This document shows, piece by piece, positions 27,001 through 39,000 of a stretch of 64,000 nucleotides of DNA. Each line of letters starts with the position of its first letter. Position 1 is the first letter of the stretch. The stretch comes from Candidatus Poseidoniales archaeon (lineage in GTDB: Archaea; Thermoplasmatota; Poseidoniia; Poseidoniales; Thalassarchaeaceae): positions 35,853-99,852 of the forward strand of contig DTUF01000024.1 of the NCBI GenBank assembly GCA_012964335.1. Direction: 5' to 3'. Below the pieces are notes generated by a model. It was not told where the DNA came from. It did no database searches and saw only the letters and a list, made by a program, of their open reading frames with translations. Made by a program: the position numbers and the translations under genes.

Positions 27001-30000
27001 TCAGCGGATGCTGGTTGGTGATGCAGTGTACTGCTTCAACATGTACGCAGCGCCACCAGGCAATTCGTACTGAATGTCAATTAATGCCGAGTCGATGAGA
27101 CCGTCATTGTCTGTCATTCTGATGAAGATTCTGTCACCAGGTCCGAAGGTTGTGATACAAGGTGAACCACCACGCTCACAGTGAGATATGTCATCCCAGA
27201 AGGTTACCATATTCTCGCTGTTACGAGGAGCGAATCCGTACACATTCTCTTCATCTCCACCACCAGGTGCAAGTGCAGTCTTGTACACTTGCTGTCCGCT
27301 AGCATTGGTCCACAATACAGAGACAGTCACTGCCTGTGTGGCTAAGTCTGTAGCTGCATATGATGTAGTAATTCTCCAGTGCCATTGGTCCTGTTGTAGT
27401 CCACTGATCTCTTGTACAGTAATTGATTCTGCTGAGAAGGTCAACCTTGGTGTGCCCTTGACACTGGTGTCTGCGAGTGAGCCTGCCCACACGTAGATTA
27501 CACCAGCCAAGACGACTGTGATTGCAACAAGAAGGATGGTTGCGATAACTGGGCTAACTGCACGGTCATCGTCAATCATTGATTCCTCCTCGAAATCTTC
27601 CTCGTCTTCTTCCGCTCGAGAGCGGCTGAGTAGAGCACCAACGAATACGCCGACTAAGCCGACTGCCATCAATGTTGGAGCGAACGAAGCAACAGCCTGT
27701 GCTGCCTTGGTCTCCACAATGAGTGGTAACTCGCTGTTGGTTCCTGAAGCAGTCATGTTATTGTCTGCCCAGTTCTTCTCTTCTAGAGCTGGCCTCTCGT
27801 ACTTCGAGTTGTCAGTGTATTGACCAGTGAATGGATTCACTGTCATTATGTCTACGAACACACGAACATCCTCAGATGTCTTGTTCATTCGGACGTAATT
27901 TCCAACCTCAACTGATCCACCGTAGTCAGGTAGTGATAATGCACCGTTTCCTGGACCATTGCTTCCAAGTCTTACACTGCTCTGGTATGTACCATCACAG
28001 CCTGCACAATCAGTGTCAACGATAAAGAATGACACTTGCAAATCGTAGAGATACTTGTATGTTCCATCTGAGTTGATTGGAGCATCTCCATCCATGTGCT
28101 GAAGGTTAACTGACACAGGTACCATAGTCTCGCGCAGAACACCGTCAATTCCCTTGAAGTCAAATGGATCAGGGGACAGACGTACTTCGTTGAAGTTGTA
28201 GTCTGGTCGCAATTCCACTAGGTTGTGGACATTGATGAGTATCTGATGTTCGCTGCTGGTCTGCGAGTAACAGTTAGTAGTTGCGTCACCATCAGTTGCA
28301 AGAACGTTACATGCATCTGACTGTACGTAATCGTACTGTGCTGGTATTACATCCTCAGGAGAATCCCAAAGAATCAAGTTCATCAAACAGTAGTCACCAG
28401 ATCTTGGTGCCTTCTGGTGAATTCCATCATCTGGTATTCCATCACCATCTGCATCCTGTAGCATATCCCACTCGCTGCTAGTTGCATCTGTGGTAGCATC
28501 AGGAATCAAATCGATTTCCATTGTGTGTGCTGCGTTGTCAATTGTTACTGAGAAATAGTTAGTGTATTGACACTTGTCAGTGTAGTACTGAGAGTTATCG
28601 ATTGTCCAATATAGTTGCTCATTGGTGTTATCGTTATCGCTCATCATGTCGGTCAAATCAATTGTTAGTAGGTCAGAATCTTCTGTGTCCTCATCTACAG
28701 ACCACCACCAAGAATCGCCCTCATTATTTGGAGCATTGGCAGTTGAACGGATTGTATCTGCTGTACCATCTTGGGCTAGAGTCTGGATGACTGAGCCGTT
28801 ATTTACATCCCATGGGATAATACGAGTATTATCGTTAGTTGGTTGTACTGTAAATGGTACGCTGATTGTTGCCGCAGCATCATTGATTGATGCACCGTCT
28901 GAAAGATCCAATACGATGTTACAGGTTCCACCATCTTCATTTGCCTCATTGAGGTCAATTTCTAGAGTGGTACCGCCGCTAATGCTTACAGTGAATGGTG
29001 TACAATCTATTGGGTCAGTAACTGCAGTCCATGTGTAGGATTGAGGTGCTTGCTCAGTGTTGTTGTCAGCATTCCTGTCTTGCTCATTAGCTAGACCGTC
29101 ACCGATTCCCAAATCTTGAACAAATCCTTCACCAGATGCGCCTCCCAAGAACTTGGTTAGCAAATCCCAGCCTCGCTCTTCACCGGTCACTGGATGTGGC
29201 CTCTGAGGTTCGTCGTAGTAGTTGTAGACCGCATTACCGTTAGCATCAATGCCTTCAGTAAATACTGGTAGACCTGCTGAGTGTCGTGGGTTGTTGATTA
29301 CTGGAGCGTCATTGACGTTCTCTACACCAACAAGCATTGACTGACTGCTGTACAAGCCGTGTCCATCTTTGACAACCAGGTATAGTCTCTGGTTACCAAA
29401 CTCATTCGCATCTGGAGTGATGGTCATTGTATGACCTGTCAAATCGTATGCGTATGGTGATGTTGCATTGCTTGGGTTTGTAGCATCGTTAGTTACAGTC
29501 CATGTCAATGTACTCGATGGTTGCTGATAATCTGCAGCCTTATCGGTCAAAGTCACGGTCTGTGAACCTGAATCTTCATCGTATGATACATCGACCAAGT
29601 CAGAAATGACTGGCTTTGCACGTAGGATGTCAATAGTGATATCCTGATTCTGATCCATTGCTAGTGAACTATGTGTTCCCCAGTCCCAATAGATGTTATC
29701 TGCATCTCTTACCTTAACAGTCACATCATATGCGCGAGGTGTTGTTGCGCCGGTTGCTGTGAATGTTCGGTGGATTAGCAAGTAATCGTCTAGAGTACCA
29801 TCAGCCAAATCGCCACCAGCCAATTGCAGTGTACCGAAGTCACCGAATGTCTGAGCAGCACCGCTTGTCTGGTTCCATAGCTGTGGTGGATAAACACCAA
29901 GCACGTGACCAGAGTTTTCGTTCTGGATGATTGCTAGAGTCTTGATTCGTCCTGTTGGGCTTCCAATACAGTCCCATGGGATTGCGAACTCAGAGATACC

Positions 30001-33000
30001 ACTCCATGTTGGAGTGACTCCTGGGTAACCAAATCCAGGTGCTGCTTGCATACCAGTACATGCTGCTGTAACATCGACCCAGTTGCCACCAGGCATAACC
30101 TTGCGGATACCCCAGTTTGCACGGTCTTCTGCCCATAGCATGAAGTCTGCCTCGAATGGCAGATTGTGACTGACATACCAGTTGTCACCAACGTTTGAAC
30201 CACCTTGCTGGGTATCAAGATACCACATACCGTCTGTGACCAAGAAGGTCACTCCAGTCAGCATGATGTACAGATTTGAGTTATCCCAAGTCATGTATCC
30301 CATTGCTTGGCTAGTCGGGTCAGGGTTGACCGCAACTGGACCAGGCATTGCATCGTCTGCAATGTTATAGCCTCCAAGTGGATGGCTTACGAACCAGTCA
30401 GTAACTGCCGCTGCACCACCTGCACCTTCTCCAACGGAGATGATGTTAGAGCGCCACGACGGGCTGACATATTCTGAACGACCAAGGTCGGTTGACTTAA
30501 TCATCAATCCAACGTTGCTTGCTGCTCCACCCATGTGTGTAACAGTTAGGTCAAGGAGGTTACCCTCGTGAATGACCGCACTAGTTCCAATGGTCAACAT
30601 ACTCTGGTTGAGTGTGTTACCAACACTGGTAATGGTTGAGTAAGCTCCAGCATTAATCTGGGTCATACCTGCACCGTGCATGGATCTCCATGGACCATTT
30701 GTTGTTGTGGTCATGTTCTCAATCGTACCTGATGCGCCACTTAGTGTCTTCAGAGTTGTAGTTGCAGTTGAGTCACCGCCATTCCATCGGAAATCATCGT
30801 GACCATCTACTAGCATACCAATGCCACCAGTTGTATCCATGTTTGCAACATCTAGTGTGTGGCGACCAGTGTCAGATGTAACATCCAAACCGATACCAAA
30901 TCCACTATCTGCAGAGACACTTAGACCGTCAACAGTTAGGTCAACATTGGTCAAGTCAAAGCCGTTGTCACCAGTGACAACTGCTCCACCCTCTACATTT
31001 AGAGAACCACCGTCTTGTCGGTATGCTAGGCTAAATCCGCCGATGGATGTACCATCAAGGGAGACGTCTTCGCTTCCGTCAAGGATGTCAATTCCGTATG
31101 TCTGTAAGTTGCTACCACCTGAACTTGCGGCTACATTGATTACACCACTCATGAAACTGTGGATAGTGCAATGATACTCGTAAGTACCTGCAGCTGTGAA
31201 CGTGTGGGCAAATGTTGAGCCCAAGTTCATTGGTCCACTGTTCCAAATTCCAGATGTGTTACTGGTTGTTGAATGCTGGTAGTTGTTGGGGTCGCTGTTG
31301 TATTGAGTCAATACCCATCGTACAGTATCACCTGTGCTGATGTTCTTGATTGTTGGATTATATTGCGACGCCTCAATGTTCACAGAGTGAATCTGTGATG
31401 CTGAACCACCTGCGCTGGCGAATGTGCTGCCAACATCAGATACATCACAACCATCTGACAATAGAGCGTTAGATGTTGTGCTGACATAGTTGCCTGACAT
31501 TGTGACTTCTGCAAGTCCACAGTTCTCTAGGTAGATACCTGTTGCAGTTGGTGAAACACGTCCACCAGATGCACTAATTGTGTTTCTTGAAATATCCACA
31601 TCAAATCCAGAGCGGACACCGTAAACGTTGATTCCGCCATCTGCATCAATCAGTGTGTTATCTGCAATTGAACCATGACCGTTTAGGACATAAATACCAG
31701 AGTGGGCTGAGTTTGCATCACCCTTGATTGTGTTGTTGTTGATATTCCACTGCTTAGCATTACGCATATAGATAGGTTCGTCAGTAGTCAATAGAGTGTT
31801 TCCACGAATCTCTACACTGTTCAGACGATTGTCTTGTGCGTAGATACCGTATTGTACTCTCTTAGAGCCTGTTACTGTGTTGTTATCAATAAGCAAGTCA
31901 TCTGCATCAGATTGTAGGTAAATCCAGATTGGTAGGTATGTGCTGTCATACATTGTGTTGTTACTCCAGTGTGCACCATCTGTTCCAGATCCACCATAGG
32001 CAGGGCTGGTTGCATAGTAGTTAATGTAAATCATGATTCCAACAGTACAGTCGTACATTGTGTTGTTATCAACAGTCCAGTCGCCAGGGTCAGTTCCAGC
32101 TGACTGGATACATATCTCTTCAGGATAGACCGATTGTACATCAGTTAACTGAGAGTATGACACTAACACGCTGTTAGTAACATGCATCACTGGGTCACGG
32201 TTGTAATAACCAGCACCACTTCCAACTGCACCAACGTTAATCAGCGTTGAATCATTCACATGGAAATTACCGTAACTGTATCCACCGTAATATCCTAGGT
32301 TGAAGAACGCCGTATCCTTTGGACTAATTGCTGCCCACGTCGTATCATCTAAGTAGATATCTCCGTCATAGTTTCTAACGTACAAATCAGACCATTCATC
32401 GTTGTAGAATCCACTGACAATAACTGTTGAACCATTGAATGATGCTCCAGTCGTACCAGTGTATGCCCAAGGCGAGTCTATCAGAATCGCTTTGTTCTTC
32501 ATGTCTGTTGGCATCGCACCCCAGTAACCATATTCGGTAATCGTACCTCCGGCACCATCACCGTTCAATTTGGTTCTAGAACTTGCAGTTGCAATATAGT
32601 TAGCACCAGCACAGGATGCCAGTACACTGTAATAAGTTGATTCCCAACTATAACATATACGAGCATCAAACCGATCCGTCAGTGCAACCGTATCAGAGTT
32701 ACCTGGTCCATCGACCAAACTCACCCCTTTGACTGCATATCTAAAGTCTGCAACACGTGTACTCATTGAGCCAGTGGTGTCGTACTGTACTTTAGCAACA
32801 GTCATTATTTGGAATCCTGCTAAATTCACCACTGTCCATCCCGAAGAATCAACATAATTGGTGTGGAACAACATATCGTTCACCGTTCCCGCGCTGTCAG
32901 TTTCACCTGAGCCCACGCGTCTACTATTGGCATCAATCATGCTCACGCCTGTTCCAGCGACACCATTACCATCTGCTTCAATAGTCACGTCCAGCAACCT

Positions 33001-36000
33001 TGCTCTTTGCAAGAGTCCTGAACCCGTCGCTACCACCGTGGCTAGATCAATATCTCCTTCAATCCAAGTAACCAAACCTGAAGTCGCAACATCGACTGTA
33101 TTACTACCAGTAGTACAATCAGTACAGGTAAGTTCTCCTGAACCGTCGTGATTGATAGCAATATTATTGCTTGTCAATGCTAGGTTATTGAAGGCCCAGT
33201 CCTTGGTACTAGTTGGTAGAACATTGATTGCAGCTCCTGCAGCATTGGTGATTGTACCACTTAGGGCCATCTTAATTCCAGATCCTAGGACTATTCCGTC
33301 TTGGGATTGGTTGTCTAGATTGGTGTTAGTCAACTCTAATGAGCCAATGGCTGCAGCTGTCATGCGAACACCATAGCGACCGTTGTTGACTGTTAAGCCA
33401 TCCAATTCAACAGATGAACTGCCTGTAACCAATACACCCTCATCTACTGGGTCATTGACTACAACAGTGTCAATAACACCAGCAGCATAGTTTCCAGAAA
33501 TGTGGAGACCTGTATCTGATCCATCAATCACACCATTTGCTAGTGAAGCAGTTCCAAATTCTCTACCCCAGTTTGCATCCATCAATTCATTGATAGTATT
33601 GCCACCACGGAATACGAAGTCATATCGGTCACCGTAGTAATCAGCGTAGTTGTGTAGAATATCGATGTATGCTGATACATCAGTTACACTTGGACTACTG
33701 ACATCAACAATTGGCCAGTGCATTTGCCAGCCGTTTGGTGTAGGTGTCTGGTAACGGTATGCATATGAAAGACATATGTTGTAGTTACCCCAAAGACCGT
33801 TGTAGCCCTCTGGAGGCTTGAAGATACCCTGTCCGCCATGGTATTGGGTGTAGTAGTAACCCCAGTACTCGTACGGGTAGTAGTTCTGTGAACCTGTCAG
33901 ACCCTCTGCCTTTTCAATTGTGAAACCGAAGTCGCTTGGGTATGAGTTAGCACCGTAGTATTGACCTGAACTAGTGTAAGGTCCGTAGTTGTTCATGTAG
34001 TAGTAGTAACCATACTGATACGAACCACCTGGGCTGTATTGGTAACCGTAGAGGTTACAGTCGTAACGAGCCCATCCATCGTTTCTTGATGGGTGGTCTG
34101 GATTGTTCCTGTCCCCAAGGTTTGAAGTAATACCTGAATGGTAATATCCAGTCATTAATTTACCTGCAGCATCTACAGTGAAATTCTCAATCTCATCTCC
34201 AATACCGTTTGCATCGTTATCAATTCCATCATTGAGTCCAATACGCATTCGGTCGTGGATTGCGAAGTAACGGCTTGTGTAATAGTTGTACGTTGGGTGA
34301 ACGTTTCCGCCCATGTAGACGTTATTGAAACCGAATTGGATGTAATTGTAATTACTTGCCAATCCAGTCAAATCAATGTCGTAAGTTTCCCAACCACGTG
34401 CGTGACCTGATAGTAGAGTTGAGCGGTAGATACTTGGTAGTGTCATTCCGCCATCAATTTCTACTCCAACTGTGTTATCGTTGAGGGTGAAGCCATCAAT
34501 TGCTGGGGCTGCATCCTTGATCATTACGCCAGTAGCTGCTCCAGATACACCGATGTTCTGAATGACGCTGGTTCCGGAATCTTCTATCCAAACACCAACA
34601 CCAGTCTGCTGTGCATTGTATATACTCGCATCGTTAACTAACAGTGTTCCACCGCTAACCTTGATGGTTGCCATAGACGCAGAGGTCGTTTGACTACCGT
34701 AAACTATGGCACCATTCTTCAACTCAAGAGTTCCATCACCGACATTCAGCGCCCCTCCAGTATTGGAGTTCTGATGCATATCACGGATAGCCCCATTATC
34801 TACAACGAAAGTACCGCCGTCTTGGATTTCCATTTCCCAGCCGTAAGCGCTGGTCACTGCCTTCATGTTACCAACTTCGCCACCACCTTCGGAGAGCAGA
34901 ATTTCGCCTCCGTTCTGGATAGTGATTGTTGGGTTGTTGTTAGCTGTGCGGTTAATCATTATCTTTGTTCCATTCAAGTGCAACTTGCACCCGTCAATAA
35001 CTAAGTCAGTTGATAGAGTAATGATTTGCATTGTGTATAGATAGTAGCCGTTGGTCATAGATGTGTTTGAATTCAAGAATCCACAATTCTTAGTTGCGCC
35101 ATTCCAATCTTGTGGGAACGCTTCTAACTTAATGTAGACTTGATCACCTGGACTTAGCGGCATGGAACAATCCATGCTGTTAATCATACATGATCCTGTA
35201 TACCATGCGTCTGCTGGTCCTGTCTCGTTCTGACCTGCACCGCCAGCAATGGCGATTCGATGGTCTGTGTACGAGGCAGTAACAGTGGTTGATCCACTAA
35301 CCTTCTCTAACTTATCTTGAAGCAACCAAACAGTTGCGTTTCCAGTACTATCGGTTTTAGCTGCGCCAACTGATGTGATATCAGAAACTACACAAGCAGC
35401 ACCTGGGCATGTACCCGAAGTGCTTACTGTAGTTGTAGTAACTGAATGGTCAGCAACAAATACTGGCACGAAGTTCATTACACGGTATGCTGCAACTTGA
35501 GCAGTACCACCGACATACAATGCACCTGAGGATGATGAAACATCAACCCAACAGTCAGACATTCCTGTCCAACCAGCTGCATTAGCACAATCGTTGCCTC
35601 TCCATGAGACTCCGATTAATCTAACATCACCGTTGGTGCTTGCTTGCGCCACATACGCGCCCATAGATGTTTGACCGGTTATTGCCACATCTGCGACTGT
35701 AACCTTTGCATTACGAGCATAAACGATGTTTCCGTTAGTGGAACTACCGTCCATTGAACCACCTGCTACGGTCAATGTGCTTGAAGCACTGCTTGAAGTA
35801 CACGAAGCAGTTGCCCATACACCGTTGGTTGAATCACCAAGGTCAGCGTCATCAGCTCGGACATTCCAACCGCATCCAGCGATTGAAATACCATCAGCGG
35901 CTAGATTTGTGAGCATCACTAAGTCACCGGTTGCTGCAGTTCCATCCATGCGGAGATATCCATCTAAGTCTACATTATCCATTGAACCTGGAGTAGTCCT

Positions 36001-39000
36001 TGACATCACCATATTACCAGTGCTGGTAATTCCGCTAGCGGACCAACCTGAGTCACCAAGAACAGTACCTGCGGTACCTCCTGGAGCCAACGAGATTGAA
36101 CCACCACTAATATCGGTTAATGACATACTATCTGTAGCATATGATACGATAGCATTTGCATATCCTGCTGCATTAATATTGTTAGCAAACAAACTTGTTC
36201 CAGAAGTTGCTAGTGAGGTTTGGCTGATACCAGACCCACCTACTTGTGTGCTTGATAGCCCACTTGTCGACATACTAACGTTGCTAGCATGTATCGAAGT
36301 AGCATCACCCATGACAGCGTTGTGTGCTGAATCTGTAATAGTTAGATTCTCTAGGTAAATATTGCTTCCGTCACCGGTCTTGATGGCACCTTCAGTAGAT
36401 GAACTACCCATGTTACAGTTCGTTGCCGAACCTTCTAACCATGTTAATCCGGAGTCATCAGGCAAGTCGATACAAGAGTTAGTTGCATTGGTTATTGAAA
36501 CTCCAGAGAGATCAAAACCAGTACCTGTTCCTGAACCGTGCTTGATTGCAGTACCAACATCGGTAAATGTGACTGTGTCAAAGGTAAAGTTACCTACATT
36601 TCCGTTGTGGTGAGGTGCACTTCCGTGACGGCTACCTGCACTGATTGCAACATCTAAGTTGCTGAAGTCAGTGTTGTTGAACATATGCCTGTCATCAGTG
36701 TCTGAACAACCGCTTGTGAATGCAATACCCTTGCCGTTTCCGTTACCAAGGTTGGTAAATGATACTGGGTGAGTTGCATTTCCTTGAGTTGTCAAGCGAG
36801 AACATGTCCCTGCCATATCTATTCCTTTGCCGGGTGCGAATTGAACTTCAACACCAGCATCAATCACTAGATTTGCTGTTACACGTAGGTAATCACCACT
36901 TGGCACAACACGAATCGGACTCATTTCTATATCCCATATTGTGTCTTCAGTAATGTCCGCGTAAACATCCATACCAGCACCATCGAATGGCACTGTCTTT
37001 GTACGGATACTGCATTCGTTGGTTCCGCTGTTGTAGCAGTAGTATGCACCATAGTAACCAAACCAAGGTGTAAGTTGTGCGTTGCGGATGTATGAAGCAG
37101 AGCTCGGCATTTCAGGCCAATAGCCACCCCAACCATAGTACGCCATCTGCATCGGTGTTGTTGATGTAGATGTGCTGAAAGCAGCTCCGCCGTGGCGGAT
37201 TACGTGCATCTTGTGACTACTGTTACCACTGTAAGTAGTACCGAAGTAATCAATGTCAAATCCTGCTGGGATGTCAATAACATCTCCACACTGATTTCGG
37301 TAGTTATACCAATATCGCGTGCAGTAGTATGTGTATGGGTTTCCATTGGATGTACCGGTGAAGACTTCATCGTAGTTGTACAATTCAGTCATTCCTACTG
37401 GCATCCTCTCGTTTGCATGGTTGTTACCATCTGTTGCAATTCGGTAGTTGTAATCATATGGGTTTGCACCAGCAAGATAACCAGGGCCTCTCTCTCTTAG
37501 AGATGCACCAATGGCTGTTGAACCACCCTTTTGATAGCCGATATTCTCGTAATCATAGTAAGCAGATGAGCCGGTATCGTAATGATACTCGATTTCATTG
37601 GTCACATCGTACATCTTAATTTGATAAGAGCACTTGTATTGTTGACCAAATCCGCAATTCATGTCATGCCATTCAACAGTAAATACCTTGGTTGGCGTTC
37701 CAATGTGATAACTCACAGCAGTGGCGTTGTTCCAGTTGTTGTTGTTGTCCTGTGCGTGAATACTGTATTCAACAGTGTTCCCACGGTCTGTACCTGGAAT
37801 GTTAGCCGACCAATCACAAGGAATCAATTCGCACTGAGCGCGAGTCTTGCCTGCTTGCTGAGACATTGCTCGAGTAATCCAATTACCCCAAGACTGGCTA
37901 GTATCATTGTACACACGGTATTCAAGATGTGGTCCCTCAAGGACCCCATTCCCATCTACACCAGTTGAAACATTCACGCCTGTTGGAGGGTCTCCAGCAT
38001 CTGTTATTTTTACTGTCACTGTCCTGTCATCCTGACTGTGAGTGTCCATCAATCCTGTGTGATCAAAGGTTGGTGGATAGATATCAGGCATTGGCCTAAC
38101 TGGGCTTACCTTTTGCATGATTTGACTGTTTGCAGACCAACGTCCATCGTAACCTGGAGCCATCCAACCGTTGAATTGTCGGTCGTAATTGTAGGTACTG
38201 TATGAGTAGAGGCAGTAAGGATTACTGCTGCTGCTGCTCAAGAAGTACAGAGGATGGTTGTTACTGTTAACACAGAAATGGTTTCTTGTGGTCCTACTTG
38301 ATGTGTAAGATGCGTTTACACTCAATGTACCGAACTTCATGGTGATGTCACCAGGAATTGGTACTGCTGAGTAACAGTCATCGCAATTGCGACCACCGCC
38401 TTGAGTACCTACTGGTGCGCTTGCAACAGGCTGATCGATTCCAGTTTCATCATCTAATCCTACCATTGTGAAAGCACCAAACGCTGTATTGTACCACCAA
38501 ATAGTGGACATACCTGGGCCGTTTTGACCATTCAGTGTTAATCCCTGATCTTTTGGATTTGTAACTACACAGGTTGCAGACTGAGCACAATTTGCGTAAG
38601 AGTATCCACTAATAGTTGGGCTGTATCTCATCTGGTACGCTGCATTAATGTTGAAGCACTGGTTATTACCAGAGCCACACGAGGAAGTATCATACTCCCA
38701 AATGTATTCTTGTGTATCTTCGTAGTATGTAAGTTGCTCATCCATGTATCGATAAACCGAATAGTATCGGAAATTGGTTAATGCGTCAATCTTTAGTTGC
38801 CACTTGTTGTTACCAGTTCCATCACTATTGAAAACATCTGCATCCTCATCTGGTTGCACGAAGTAGTTGTAAGGAGAACTTGGAGCAGTTACACTGCTTG
38901 GGGTACCAGTTCCTCCTATGGGCAACGTCTTGAAGTTGGGATTACCGGTTGATCCGGGAATTGAACCTTTCAAGTCCTGGAATGCCCAGAAATACTCAAC

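Noticed and set aside
26785-27021. 78-aa + strand ORF over the hairpin region
   Set aside because: No recognisable motifs; it overlaps the giant gene's stop, and the sequence is better explained by minus-strand RNA structure
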